A stretch of 64,000 bases of DNA. Origin: Trypanosoma brucei. Taxonomy: Eukaryota. Shown here in pieces: positions 9,999-21,072 of this stretch (within the stretch, counting starts at the first letter, position 1; every line of letters begins with the position of its first letter). The stretch is from positions 1,248,001 through 1,312,000 of the forward strand of contig CP000066.1 in assembly GCA_000002445.1 (NCBI GenBank), read 5' to 3'. The notes below the pieces were generated by a model. That model saw nothing but the letters and a program-made list of their open reading frames with translations, was not told the DNA's origin and made no database searches. The translations under genes and the position numbers were made by a program.

Positions 9999-11696
9999 CT
10001 AGACGAGTTTAGCATAGAAGTCATTACCCTTGTCGTCCACAATAATGAATGCGGGGAAGTTCACAACCTCAATGCGCCATACGGCTTCCATACCCAGCTC
10101 TGGATATTCCACAACTTCAACCTTCTTGATGTTGTCCCTCGCAAGGATGGCCGCGGGGCCGCCAATACTTCCAAGGTAAAATCCACCGTACTTCTTGCAA
10201 GCGTCGGTAACGACTTTAGAGCGGTTCCCTTTTGCAAGGGTGACGAAACTGCCGCCCGCAGCCATGAATGGTGCCACGTAGGAATCCATTCGACCAGCGG
10301 TGGTAGGTCCAAAGGAACCGGACGCCATTCCCTTGGGAGTCTTTGCAGGCCCCGCGTAGTAAATCGGGTGATCCTTCATGTACTGCGGTAGTGGCTCATC
10401 GGCATTAAGTCGTTCCATGATCTTTGCGTGTGCGATGTCACGCGCCACGATAAGGGGACCAGTGAGGCTCAGCCGCGTTGTCACGGGGTATTGAGTAAGT
10501 AACTCACGAATCTTACTCATTGGCTGGTGGAGGTCCACTTCAACAGTGCCGTTCCCGAGGGACGTGAGTGGCACATCGGGAAGGTATTTGGCCGGGTCCC
10601 GCACGAGTTTCTCCAGGAACACACCTTCAGATGTTATCTTTCCTAGAATTTGACGGTCTGCACTGCAGGAGACGCCCAAACCAACAGGGCATGAAGCACC
10701 ATGGCGCGGTAGTCGAATGACACGGATCTGATGGGCGAAGTATTTTCCACCAAACTGCGCACCAATACCAAGATTACGCGTCATCTCCAGTATGATTTCT
10801 TCCCATTCAATGTCGCGGAAGGCCCTGCCGCTTTTGTTTCCAGTTGTCGGCAGGGAGTCGTAGTAGCGACAGGAGGCAAGTTTTACCGTTTTCATCGTCA
10901 TTTCCGCGCTGGTGCCCCCGATGACAAGTGCAATGTGATAAGGAGGGCAAGCTGAAGTGCCGAGAGTTTTCAGTTTTTCTTCAACAAAGGCGCGGAGAGA
11001 CTTCGGGTTTAGGAGAGCTTTCGTTTGCTGGTAGAGAAACGCCTTGTTGGCACTGCCACCGCCCTTTGCGACGAAGAGGAAATGATACTCATTTCCGGGC
11101 ACGGCCATCAGATCCATTTGCGCCGGCAGATTGTCGCCTGTATTTGCTTCCTTGAACATATCCAAGGCAGCAGTCTGGCTGTAGCGGAGGTTGCGACTCA
11201 CGTAGCATTTCCAGATGCCATGGGACAGATATTTCTCGTCTTCACCCCCCGTCCAACACAGCTCACCGCGCTTCCCCAATACAATGGCAGTACCCGTATC
11301 TTGACAGGCGGGAAGGATGCGGCCAGCAGCGACGCAGGCATTTTGCAGTAGCGTTGTAGCGACGAAGCGGTCATTATCAGTTGCCTCAGGGTCGTCAAGA
11401 ACACGGCGCCAGCCGGAGAGATGATCTTCGCGGAAGTAGTGATGCACGTCGGTGAAAGCGTGTTGCGCAAGTACGGTTAAGGCGGTGGGATCGACGCTCA
11501 ACACTTTACGGCCCATTACCTCGATTTCCTTTACGTAATCTCCGGGAATATTGTAGTATTCTGTCTTGTCATGGTGTGGATCGGAGGGTTGAAAGATGGG
11601 TTCGTAATGGAACTCTGTGGTAATGGGAAGAGTTTCCTCGATATCGTCAACACCATGGCAGTTCTCGCCAAGCTCACAGTTTTCGCAGAGACTCAT
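9999..11696 (-). CDS. FHc: class I (Fe-S cluster dependent) fumarate hydratase, fused alpha+beta domains; probable cytosolic isoform
   Basis: The track start at 11699 is GTG. The ATG is at 11696 ([15 protein letters not shown]...). The protein has the class I FH Cys-ligand motifs ([22 protein letters not shown]) along its full length. There is no basic/amphipathic N-terminal presequence, so it is unlikely to be mitochondrial. Confidence 0.9.
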   Translation of the reverse strand: MSLCENCELGENCHGVDDIEETLPITTEFHYEPIFQPSDPHHDKTEYYNIPGDYVKEIEVMGRKVLSVDPTALTVLAQHAFTDVHHYFREDHLSGWRRVLDDPEATDNDRFVATTLLQNACVAAGRILPACQDTGTAIVLGKRGELCWTGGEDEKYLSHGIWKCYVSRNLRYSQTAALDMFKEANTGDNLPAQMDLMAVPGNEYHFLFVAKGGGSANKAFLYQQTKALLNPKSLRAFVEEKLKTLGTSACPPYHIALVIGGTSAEMTMKTVKLASCRYYDSLPTTGNKSGRAFRDIEWEEIILEMTRNLGIGAQFGGKYFAHQIRVIRLPRHGASCPVGLGVSCSADRQILGKITSEGVFLEKLVRDPAKYLPDVPLTSLGNGTVEVDLHQPMSKIRELLTQYPVTTRLSLTGPLIVARDIAHAKIMERLNADEPLPQYMKDHPIYYAGPAKTPKGMASGSFGPTTAGRMDSYVAPFMAAGGSFVTLAKGNRSKVVTDACKKYGGFYLGSIGGPAAILARDNIKKVEVVEYPELGMEAVWRIEVVNFPAFIIVDDKGNDFYAKLV

Positions 11697-12456
11697 CACT
11701 TACTTAATCCTCACCCTATCTTGCACGTACACGTATGTACTCGCGATATGTTTATTCCTTTTTTTTAAAAAAAAACTCTTTCCTACCTTGTACCTATGGC
11801 TTTCGTTCGGGTGAATCTCAGCCCCCTTCTCTTACTTTTTCTCTAAGTCTTTGCCCCTTACCTCTTTTTTTGAAAAAGTTTTCTTTGTCAGGTGGCGGGT
11901 TGTAATATTACTTTCAATTTTTGTTTTTCTTGATAAATTAACTCCTTCCAACCCGTCGCACGTGGGGTGTGCCGTGGCCAAAACAGCGACAGCAGAAGTG
12001 TTGGAGGCGGGGTGATAAAAAGAAGTGAGAGAAGAGAAGGCAACAAAAATGAGGCAAAGCAAACGGAAAGAGTTGCAGCCACCACGCCGCAAGAGGGATT
12101 CTCTTGTCTTTTAGTTCTCAATATGTATTTCTCATTCTCGTGCAGTTGTTTTCTTTTTTTCTTTTTAAGCCACACAGATGCGGAGCTGATGGTTCAAGCG
12201 CTGTTCCTTTCACCTACATCGCACCTTACCGTCCGTTCCCCGGCAGTGGGGAAGCAACACCAAGCAAACCAATGGAAAAAAAGTAAAGGAAAAACGCACA
12301 CTTTATTATCTAACATGACTCACATATCCTTTTCCATTAAAATACTAAACATGGTACAAAAAAAAAAAAGAAGAAAGACACGCATTCTCCACCAAGAACG
12401 GAGATCAGCTAATGTAAGCGTCAGCAACTTCCAATACGGGTTGGAATGGCGGTGCG

Positions 12457-15400
12457 TTAGTCAATGTACGGGACGCGGAGCAGCTCTGGCAGTCGCTCCA
12501 CGATCTCGTGTCGCACCTCCTGCAAGTTTTGTAAATCCGCCAGGCAGGCCTCAGCCACTTGAAGGAAATCACGGCGCGCCGCCGGATGGGCGTTGCAAAT
12601 GGCTTCCAGTGATACCGCCGTGCGGTTGTACAACTCCGCTGTGAGTTCTGCCACTTCCGCAATGGACCCCACCGAATCCTTTCCCGCGATTGCGTTGATG
12701 GTCTCGACCGCCAACCGCTTTGCGCTTGAAACCATCACTCTCTCGGCCCTTTCCTGATCGTGCCAGTGCGTGTTGGCCGCGACAACCGAGCGATGGTAGT
12801 CGTCTTTCTTGCCTTCGCCAATCGTTGTGCTGCTATCATTGTCTGTAAGTATGCAACTTAATTGGATATTCCTATTCTCACGCTCTAGCTTAATAATTCG
12901 TTCATCCCTAGTGGCAATTACTCGTTGCAACTCCAGCAACTCCTGGAGTAGTTTAGTATTATTCCTTTTGAGCTCCCTATTTTTGCGTGAAAGCGTCTCT
13001 GTGCCCAATACCTGATTCCTAAGGGCCTCATTGTTCATACTCCTCTGTTCATTTACGAAAGCAACTGCTGTGTGGATGCCATCTGACACCTCATGAAGAA
13101 GTCCCCCAAGTTGCGTCTTCCACGAGCCCGTCATCGCTTCTCTAAGCGACCACGCCTCCTCCTTTAACGCAGCCGCATCACGCAGAAGTTCCTTAAGAGA
13201 CCGTCTCCACACTGCCACTGCGCCCAGCCTCCGTTGGACTAGCTCATCCAGGCAATCATGATTTTCAGTCCGAATGAGGTGAAGCAACAGAAGCTCAGTG
13301 ACAGGTGCCTCGGATTCAAGGGAACTGGTGCTTGGCAGTGAATTGAGCACAACCGCCAGCATTCTAAGAATCAAATTCTGCTGATGCTGTTTTCTTGCTA
13401 CTTGCAGCGAATTCGTTTCCTCAGCCTCTCTCGCATCGTACACTGCTTGTTTTCGGCGCTCACAGACGTACTTCATCCACAAAACGAGGCACCCCCCGAG
13501 GCGCACCCTGGGTACTACTCTTTCCAACAATCGCGCTATATGCACCGCGCGCCGTCTTGCAAGACGCTCCTCGATCCCCTTTTGCTCACTGAGTTTCTCT
13601 GTGCCGTCGAGGAGCTTCTGGTTGACCTGGTTTAGCCGATCCACCTCTTTCGTGAGTTTTTTAATCAGAGAGGAGTGCCGGTCGGTGCAGCGCGCCACCT
13701 CATCCCTAAGCGTTTCTTTTTCACTCTGCAGTAGCGCCACCTTCGCGGTTAACATCACCAACCGATCGCTGACGCTACCCTTCCAGCTGCTCTTATCGCT
13801 TGTTTCAGCTGCATGACGGTTGAGCACTTTCTTCAACTCCTTTGTGTGTCTTGCGAGCGATTGTATCATGTCCCTGTCGCACGGCGGTGTGTGTAAATGG
13901 GTGGGGCCAACATGTGTGCCGTCAAGGACGGTTAATAGTTCCGCACACGCGCCATGTAGCCCCAGAAATTCTTCGGCGGTCCGACGTACACCGCGCAGGA
14001 GAGTGCGTAAGATTTCGCTGCATCGCATGGCGTCATCATCATTACCTCCGACCGGTATGTTTTCGTGACGGGAAGCTACTACTTTCGATGTCTGCTCATC
14101 CACAACACCCACCTTCTGTTCCACCGTTGTTAGTTCCCACCGTCGCAACATAGCGGCCACGCTTGAGCGACCCTCGGTCTCCACGCCATTATCGTACAGT
14201 GTGCTAACGTGATTCAAGCCCTTCATGAGTGACACACACTCGGCTTCTACCATCTGCAATCCCTTAAGCTTATTTTGCAGCTGAACAACCATGTCATGCA
14301 TACAAAACTTGCCGGTATCATTTGCTTTCATCGCCGTCTTTGCTTCCATAACGGCCCTGCCGAGCTCCTCACACATCGTCAAGAGGCGGGTTCCCTCAGG
14401 GAAGCGCGCCACAGACGAGTTAATGCCATTATTCTCGCCCAAAAATTCCTCACCATCGTAAGTGCCGCCGCTGAGTGCAACTACAGAGCGTCGGATAACG
14501 CTTCGAAGTTCCTTCAACTCAATGTCTTTGAGGTTGATACAATCACGTACCGCGTTTATAATCGGCTCAGCCCGTTTCATCGGGTAATGTAAGTAGTCGC
14601 TGGTGTTTCGCGATATTGACAGTTGCGGCCTCTCTAAGGAATTCAACCTGCTGTCATTACAACTTTCACTGCTTACGCTGGCACAGCTTTCCCTTCCACT
14701 GCCTATTGCAGACAAATCAAAAATTAGCTGCTGCAACTCGTTGTACACCGTCTCATAGGCGTCAACTGCCTCCTTTTGCTGCTCATGTAGACCCTGCACC
14801 ATCTTCACGAGGCCACTGTACGACACAAATCGCGATGTTTCAGTAGATGCATCACCAGTGGAGGGTACTTTGCTTTGCACGTCCTGCGCTGACATTTTGG
14901 GTGGCGGCCTGGTGCTAAGGAGGATATGACGTATCTTCGAGAGGGCGTCAGAGGCTACCTCGCTCTCATACCGCAACAATGCTGCCAGTTCACACACCTT
15001 TACACCTGTCAGTTCCTCTTTGGCATCTATGGTGGTGGTGTCCCGCTGATGTTGGGCAGTCATTGAACACCAGCTCTGGATCAGCCCCACGGCTTGCTCC
15101 GCTGCTTCAGCGAGAACATGCACTTGCTCCCTTGTGCAGTTGGCAGTCTTCTGCTGGTTACTCATATATTCATCAGCCTCTTGCTGTCTCTCGTACAAAC
15201 ATTTTAGAGCATCATCCACGTTCTCGAGAACGGCGACAGTTGAGGGCACTCCGTTCATCAGTGTGTCCCCATGTGACAGCTGATCCTTTAGAAGTTCAAG
15301 TGTTTCCCAGTCCACAAAGGAGCCCCCCGTCACGTTATGGCGATGAGGTTCACGACTCTGCTCCGGTGTTGGCGTTTGGTTGAAATTGTTCACCCTCCCA

Positions 15401-16452
15401 CGGAATAAGTTAGGTGGGGAACACTTTTGAGATATCGCTAAAATATTTTCCCCAGTGCTCTGCAGAACGTTTCGCATGTACTTTGTCAGGGTCGAGCTGC
15501 TGTGCAACTCATCCATCAACTCATCGAATGTACCATCCAATTTAGAGATGTGCTGACAGACGGACTGAACAACGTCACTTAAAGTTCCCGAACCTTCGTT
15601 TTCCATTGGAAGTACACTTCGCAATTCGCTCACGGCTTTGTGTACATCCGTGGCCGCGGCCCGCAACAACTGCAGCGATTCTTCATCCCCAACACTATCC
15701 GATAAAACATTTTGCCCCTTCTCTGCCTGTGGTGCCACTCCTTGAGAGTTGGTTTCTGCCCAGGATGATACATGTAGCAAACTAACAGCTTCTCTAACGG
15801 CCTGACGATAGTTCTCCAGCTCACGAAATTGGCGGTTGCGGTGCGCCTCCATATTCGTTAAGAGCGATTTAAAGGCCTCCTCACGCTCCTGTTGTCCTTC
15901 GCAATGCTGTTCCATCATTTCAATATCAGTGAGTAACTTCTCATTCTGTTGGGTAAGCTCGTACAACCTCCGTGCAAGTCTTTCCTCCCGTTGCTGATGG
16001 ACGAAACATCGCCATTGGTGGAAGCTGCAGAGGAGTTGCCTTTCCCTCGTCTTATTCTTCAATAGTTCCGTGTTAGTGCAACGACGCTGGCGAATCCGCC
16101 TAAGCCACTCGCGCCACTGTTGGAAGTAGCGGACGCCCAAGTTAACGAAGTCTTGGTTAGTGGGAAATACAACAATGCGTGGTAGTCCTTCGAACCCTAA
16201 CGAACCGGCTAAATGGCGCCGCGTATTGTAAAACCAACGCAAAAAATGCGTCACGACTAGCCTCCTAACAGCGTTGTGCTTTAACAAAGTGGCACATCGT
16301 CCTAGGTGTTTTTTTCGTTTACCCTTTTCCACATGCCGCTGAAGTTTGACGAAGTACCTGCTCATGAGGAGCAGGTCAGCCTGCTTGCGGACACCGCTCA
16401 GCACAATCATACTATCTTCTTGTTTTTCTCGCAAAATCATTACTTCACCCAT
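12457..16452 (-). CDS. large coiled-coil hypothetical protein (1,331 aa)
   Basis: ATG verified at 16452. It is Leu/Glu/Gln/Arg-rich with heptad-like character throughout (e.g. LLELQRVIATRDERIIKLERENRNIQL). No enzymatic motif seen. Confidence 0.75.
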   Translation of the reverse strand: MGEVMILREKQEDSMIVLSGVRKQADLLLMSRYFVKLQRHVEKGKRKKHLGRCATLLKHNAVRRLVVTHFLRWFYNTRRHLAGSLGFEGLPRIVVFPTNQDFVNLGVRYFQQWREWLRRIRQRRCTNTELLKNKTRERQLLCSFHQWRCFVHQQREERLARRLYELTQQNEKLLTDIEMMEQHCEGQQEREEAFKSLLTNMEAHRNRQFRELENYRQAVREAVSLLHVSSWAETNSQGVAPQAEKGQNVLSDSVGDEESLQLLRAAATDVHKAVSELRSVLPMENEGSGTLSDVVQSVCQHISKLDGTFDELMDELHSSSTLTKYMRNVLQSTGENILAISQKCSPPNLFRGRVNNFNQTPTPEQSREPHRHNVTGGSFVDWETLELLKDQLSHGDTLMNGVPSTVAVLENVDDALKCLYERQQEADEYMSNQQKTANCTREQVHVLAEAAEQAVGLIQSWCSMTAQHQRDTTTIDAKEELTGVKVCELAALLRYESEVASDALSKIRHILLSTRPPPKMSAQDVQSKVPSTGDASTETSRFVSYSGLVKMVQGLHEQQKEAVDAYETVYNELQQLIFDLSAIGSGRESCASVSSESCNDSRLNSLERPQLSISRNTSDYLHYPMKRAEPIINAVRDCINLKDIELKELRSVIRRSVVALSGGTYDGEEFLGENNGINSSVARFPEGTRLLTMCEELGRAVMEAKTAMKANDTGKFCMHDMVVQLQNKLKGLQMVEAECVSLMKGLNHVSTLYDNGVETEGRSSVAAMLRRWELTTVEQKVGVVDEQTSKVVASRHENIPVGGNDDDAMRCSEILRTLLRGVRRTAEEFLGLHGACAELLTVLDGTHVGPTHLHTPPCDRDMIQSLARHTKELKKVLNRHAAETSDKSSWKGSVSDRLVMLTAKVALLQSEKETLRDEVARCTDRHSSLIKKLTKEVDRLNQVNQKLLDGTEKLSEQKGIEERLARRRAVHIARLLERVVPRVRLGGCLVLWMKYVCERRKQAVYDAREAEETNSLQVARKQHQQNLILRMLAVVLNSLPSTSSLESEAPVTELLLLHLIRTENHDCLDELVQRRLGAVAVWRRSLKELLRDAAALKEEAWSLREAMTGSWKTQLGGLLHEVSDGIHTAVAFVNEQRSMNNEALRNQVLGTETLSRKNRELKRNNTKLLQELLELQRVIATRDERIIKLERENRNIQLSCILTDNDSSTTIGEGKKDDYHRSVVAANTHWHDQERAERVMVSSAKRLAVETINAIAGKDSVGSIAEVAELTAELYNRTAVSLEAICNAHPAARRDFLQVAEACLADLQNLQEVRHEIVERLPELLRVPYID

Positions 16453-16704
16453 TATATACAGCTTCTATATATCTATATATTCAGTCGCTCTCCTACAATT
16501 CCCTCTTTTGCTTGTTCCTCAACCGCCTAAAAAAAAAACGGATGCGCCTCCTAGTGCGAATACTTTGCACACGCATACAAACACTGTGACAGTACAGATA
16601 CACCTTGGCGGCTGTTTCACCAGTTATGCACAAAACAAGGTGGACAAACCCTTTCTTGCGCCTGACCAGAGGGATTGGACATAGGTAAAAAGATAAGGAA
16701 AAAA

Positions 16705-16705
<1 letters not shown>

Positions 16706-16744
<39 letters not shown>
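16706..16744. repeat. (TA)19 microsatellite
   Basis: Perfect tatata... run in the spacer between the 1,331-aa coiled-coil gene and the 284-aa ORF. Confidence 0.95.
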
Positions 16745-16748
<4 letters not shown>

Positions 16749-17163
16749 GTGGACAATGATGACACAAACATATTCGGGTGAAGTGAAGACGTAAGGGAAG
16801 TAATGGGCCAAATGCAACCCATTCCCCTTCCCTTGATGGACAGCTGCTCCTTCTTTCCTCTTTTCCCACTTGTACTTCAGGGTTAAAGCAGAGAGCTGCA
16901 GCATGTGGTCGGTTAAGACGCCCACGCACACATACATAAGTACGTATGAAAGCACAGAAGGAAACCTAGCCCCATGCACAAAGAAAAATAGAACAATACG
17001 GCAGCTGATCGTTAACGACAACAACAACAACCACTCCGTAATTAAATGTGAAGAGAAAATAAATGCCATGAAACAAAAGAAAAAAAAAACTGTGCCACCA
17101 CCCACGCTAACAACGGTGCATGTCTTGCAAAACGAGTAACAATGATCCATCATACGGCATTAC

Positions 17164-18018
17164 TCAAATAATGGCGGTGAGAGTTGTAGCGATATGTGTT
17201 GGTAATCCACCGGCCGTGTCGCACATGCGGTTCAAGTGCCGCAGCCGCTCTTCACTGTTTATCCATCCATCTGATGAAAACTTCTGGCAACGGCGGATGA
17301 GGAAACACATCGGAATGAGCAATAACTCGGGCTCCTCACCAACGATAAGTATTTTGTCCAACGCTGCCCGAAGGAAAAATGATGAGAAGTGCTCAAACGT
17401 CAGAAGTCCCGACTCCTGTAAATCATACACGGAACGTTGAAGCACCTCAGCAGCGCTCCAACCATCAGCAGTAAAAACACACACGTTACTCCTTTGACCC
17501 TTTTCTGAATCTGCTGCATGGCTGACTGTCTTTGCATTCAGCAACAGCTTAGCGACGCGCAGTAGAAACCCAGCAGCGACAGATGGGGTTAACTGGTGGG
17601 ATCCGACCAAGTGAACCACAGCGGACGGAAGCAGGCACAATGGTGCGGGGGTTCCACCACTAAACCAATCCGCCACAATGCCTGCCCGCTCGTACCAATC
17701 TGTAATGTGCACAATTTTAGAATGAAGTACAAGCTGGAGGAGTGTACCGTGAATAGGACTTGAGTGAAGGTACTCTGTGACTGAATGGGCGGTGAGATCA
17801 CCTTTCTTCAAGGCTCTGTATCTCCTTACAGCTTCCGCTTCCCAATCGCTGAGCGGAAAGTTCGCAGCTGCGTGTCCGCCGCACGTGCTTCCAGGAGAAG
17901 TGGCACCTCGCAACACTTCACCACCCTGCACGTTTCTCATAGCGTGAGTGCCATCTGATCGTGGGCCACCCTTCTCGGGCAGTAATTGGTTCCAACTCGG
18001 CACGGTTGCGATTTGCAT
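17164..18018 (-). CDS. hypothetical protein (284 aa)
   Basis: ATG verified at 18018. A polypyrimidine stretch sits on the minus strand at 18121-18160 just upstream. No recognisable domain. Confidence 0.45.
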   Translation of the reverse strand: MQIATVPSWNQLLPEKGGPRSDGTHAMRNVQGGEVLRGATSPGSTCGGHAAANFPLSDWEAEAVRRYRALKKGDLTAHSVTEYLHSSPIHGTLLQLVLHSKIVHITDWYERAGIVADWFSGGTPAPLCLLPSAVVHLVGSHQLTPSVAAGFLLRVAKLLLNAKTVSHAADSEKGQRSNVCVFTADGWSAAEVLQRSVYDLQESGLLTFEHFSSFFLRAALDKILIVGEEPELLLIPMCFLIRRCQKFSSDGWINSEERLRHLNRMCDTAGGLPTHIATTLTAII

Positions 18019-18276
18019 CCTGCGGCCTTGCGTGGGCTGGCGACCGCAGAAAATAAAGAGAACTTTATGGTCCCCGGTGATATTATCTTTGGTTACCCCC
18101 CCTTTTCTACGAATGCGCCCTGAGAGGGAAAAGAGGAGTGATATTAGGGTTACAAAACCGAATTATTTTCGAAGACAGTCACAGCAAAGGAAACACCTTC
18201 GTGTGCGCCATATGACCAAGGATATGGAGAGCAAATGTGGCTTGAAGAGAGCAGTGAAGGAGGTACCTCCTCCATG

Positions 18277-19044
18277 TCAACCAGATATAACGACGGTAAC
18301 GTCGATGGGAGGTGCCGGCCGCGCTGTCAAATTCTTTTGTGCTATGGAAGCGCTGCGAAGCGCAGATGCCTCACTTTGTGCATAGACAAACAAGTTTAAG
18401 GGTCCTACAACACCTTCTTCTCGTCGCATTACAGCCACAGACGATAAATTGCGCCAGCACTCTGCGCATGGGAACGCTACCCCACTGCAAGATGCATCAG
18501 CATCACTGACTTCACCACTGCCCTTGTGCACTTCACCGCTGCAGACGTGGCCGCATGCAGCAGACACGTCTCCTTCCGAAGGTGTGGAACAAGTCACAGC
18601 ACACAAGTACACGTCGTTGATGGAGGTGTAGCAATGCCCGCTCGCGGCTGCCACCCCGAGCGCATTTTGCTCGGCACATCCTCTAAGAATCCCCTTCAGT
18701 GTCTTTCCAGCGTTAAACGAGCGATGAAGGGCGTAATTCACACCTGTAGCACAAAGTTCATTTCCTGAATTCAACCCCAGTGAGGGTGAACAACGGGTTT
18801 GGCTTCGACCCCCAACAACAGAACATGCGACAAACGTCCCCTTGCCACTGAGAGATTCCGTAACCCCTGTCACCAGCTGGCACAACCTCCATAAGTGATG
18901 CTGTTGATGGGGACGGAGTGAAGAAAGACGCCGTATGTGTATGTTATCAGTGGTTAAGGCGTGCGGCGCTGCGTGCCGCTGTTGCACAGAGGTACACGAA
19001 TGTGGTGTCCATATCCTCGCCATGGCATCAACGACGCGACACAT
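18277..19044 (-). CDS. hypothetical Cys-rich protein (about 255 aa)
   Basis: The track start at 19050 is TTG. The first ATG is at 19044. The region is GC-rich with many antisense ORFs, so coding status is uncertain. Confidence 0.3.
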   Translation of the reverse strand: MCRVVDAMARIWTPHSCTSVQQRHAAPHALTTDNIHIRRLSSLRPHQQHHLWRLCQLVTGVTESLSGKGTFVACSVVGGRSQTRCSPSLGLNSGNELCATGVNYALHRSFNAGKTLKGILRGCAEQNALGVAAASGHCYTSINDVYLCAVTCSTPSEGDVSAACGHVCSGEVHKGSGEVSDADASCSGVAFPCAECWRNLSSVAVMRREEGVVGPLNLFVYAQSEASALRSASIAQKNLTARPAPPIDVTVVISG

Positions 19045-19257
19045 CAACAATAGCTAAACATGCAGCACAACATGTGGCGTTAAATGAAGAAGCACACATA
19101 TTCACCAAGGTTGTTCATGAACACGGTATTTGTGAGAGAAGTGATTCAGCATGTGGTGATTATGTGTAGAGAAAGATATTGGCTCGTGACACGAATACAC
19201 ACGCAAGGAACAAAGCTCATTAACATTCCTCACCCTCGTTATTCCACATTATGTGGC

Positions 19258-20748
19258 TTATGTCAGTGGTTTCTTCCATACTTTACTTATGAACTGGAAA
19301 CTGGTGCTGAAAATATGGGGCCAGAACCTAACTCCTACTTCTTCAGCACCTTCTCTCGCTAAACCGGTAGTTACTCCATATGGGTCACCCGCAGCCGCCA
19401 GCCGCTGCTTCAGCAGCCCTACCTGCGTGCCGCTAAGTATCACTATTGGAGACACCTGCGCTTCTAACCCCACCTCGTGCTCGTAACAAAATGGCGAGCA
19501 TAAAACTGCCTCACCCCCGTATCGTTCCATTGTTTCTGCGTCTGCATTAACGGAGTGCATCATTTCCTGGACGATCCCTTCATTTTGTTGATAAGTGAAG
19601 GAACAAGTGCAATACACCAGGGTTCCACCGGGGTTTAGCTGAGCATAACCGTTTGTGAGGAGTTGAAGCTGAAGCTGTTGTAGGGGAGACACCTTCCTCA
19701 CCTCTGCGTTCGCAAATTCGTTACCATCTGGGAGACTCAAGTTTAGTCGCTGCATGCGCTGTTCATTGTTGATTGCCTGAGACGCAACATCCGCATCGCC
19801 GTCATGTCCTGCAAATGGCCTCTTTGTGCCACCTCCCAGAAACATGTGGGCAAGTGAGCCGTCGTGAGAACACTCGGCATCAACAAGCACGCGGTCAAAC
19901 CCATAGTGTTTCTGATTGGCACTTTCACCACTCTGAACAAGGCGCTTTCTGGCTTCGTCACATGTGAAAACAAGTGCTACCTGGTCGTCTTCGTCCCGCG
20001 TGACCGTGCCATCTGATGAGTCAGCAGCTCCACCGGCCCGCCGCTTCTTCATATACCGCAGCCGCCGCTCTTCTAAGGCCGTCAGTCCGTCGGTGTTGGA
20101 TTTTCCACGATAAAGTTTAGCTGCCTGTGCCACTGCGACTGCAGTACGGAGCGCGAACGACGTTCCGTCCGCGACAAACAAGCACACGTTGTTGGCCCTG
20201 TGTTTCTTCATCACAGAGCGAGCAGCGAACAACCGGTCCAGGTTGATATCCGTACCGACAGCACTCCCTTCTTCCCCGATGGCGTCTGCTATGAAACTCA
20301 ACTTCATTCCAGGCGAGCAACACACGTCCCAAACAGTTTCGCCTCGTCTTGGACGGAGCGCCACCACTGCTGCAATGGAGGCTGCATCCATCGCAGAAAC
20401 GACTCCACTCCGGTAAAGCTCGAGTTGGCTCACCGCAGTGTCGCGTGGAAGGGCCAAACAATACGGCCGGGGGAGCCACTCCACCTCGTAGACACAACCC
20501 GTAGGACCACCGACAGCAGTTGAGAGCTCGTGTATAACATCGCTCGGCACCCGAGAGCCTTGATCACATGAACAAGGTAATATTCTCTGTTGTGCATCAC
20601 TTGGTCGTATCCGTACATAGCGTGGCATGCGCGGCAGCAGTTCCCTTAGGTCATGAAATAGCTGCGGGGGCAACCGATGAGCACGACAGTAGTTGATGAA
20701 CTCTTCCGTGAAGGAGCTGGGGTAGTTTTGAGACGCATCATCACTCAT
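19258..20748 (-). CDS. NOL1/NOP2/Sun-family RNA (cytosine-C5)-methyltransferase
   Basis: The track start at 20754 is TTG. The ATG is at 20748 (MSDDASQ...). AdoMet-binding and catalytic motifs are present: DVCCSPGMK, FDRVLVDAECSHDG and TLVYCTCS. The last carries the release Cys pair typical of NSUN enzymes. Confidence 0.85.
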   Translation of the reverse strand: MSDDASQNYPSSFTEEFINYCRAHRLPPQLFHDLRELLPRMPRYVRIRPSDAQQRILPCSCDQGSRVPSDVIHELSTAVGGPTGCVYEVEWLPRPYCLALPRDTAVSQLELYRSGVVSAMDAASIAAVVALRPRRGETVWDVCCSPGMKLSFIADAIGEEGSAVGTDINLDRLFAARSVMKKHRANNVCLFVADGTSFALRTAVAVAQAAKLYRGKSNTDGLTALEERRLRYMKKRRAGGAADSSDGTVTRDEDDQVALVFTCDEARKRLVQSGESANQKHYGFDRVLVDAECSHDGSLAHMFLGGGTKRPFAGHDGDADVASQAINNEQRMQRLNLSLPDGNEFANAEVRKVSPLQQLQLQLLTNGYAQLNPGGTLVYCTCSFTYQQNEGIVQEMMHSVNADAETMERYGGEAVLCSPFCYEHEVGLEAQVSPIVILSGTQVGLLKQRLAAAGDPYGVTTGLAREGAEEVGVRFWPHIFSTSFQFISKVWKKPLT

Positions 20749-21072
20749 AAGCAATCCGTACTACGCACCCTGACTCTTGCAAAGAACAAAAGCGTGGAGG
20801 CGAAAGAGCATACGAAAGAAAGGATAAGCAGTAAAGTCGCATGAGCTGAACCAATGGACAGTGAGAAGGAGGCAACGCCTATGGTACCGCGCGCATGAGT
20901 GATATGGTTAACGGTTAGGCGCATCCCACGACCTTCCGTACGCTCAACTCCAATAAACTCACTTTGCAAACGCGTGGTTTTTTTTTCTTCCCGCCACACA
21001 TCACATACACAGATAGCAACAGGCGAAACGATAATGCGAGCTAACTATTACCTGCGGCGGTCGATCCTATCA

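Noticed and set aside
11967-12644. 225-aa plus-strand ORF in the spacer between the fumarase and the coiled-coil gene
   Set aside because: It lies opposite to the direction of the transcription unit. It is built from purine-rich low-complexity sequence (KRSERREGNKNEAKQTE...) and has no domain.
16617-17153. 178-aa minus-strand ORF spanning the (TA)19 repeat
   Set aside because: It contains an IYIYIYIYIY run translated from the microsatellite and poly-F from poly-A/T. It is not coding.
18019-18276. Possibility that the 257-aa and 284-aa ORFs are one gene of about 630 aa disrupted by a single stop, since they are in the same frame with one TAA (plus-strand tta at 18163-18165) between them
   Set aside because: The intervening 86 codons translate to low-complexity sequence (SLLFSLS) containing a polypyrimidine tract at 18121-18160, as expected for an intergenic trans-splice signal. 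Sharing a frame happens by chance one time in three. It is kept as two separate low-confidence ORFs rather than a pseudogene.
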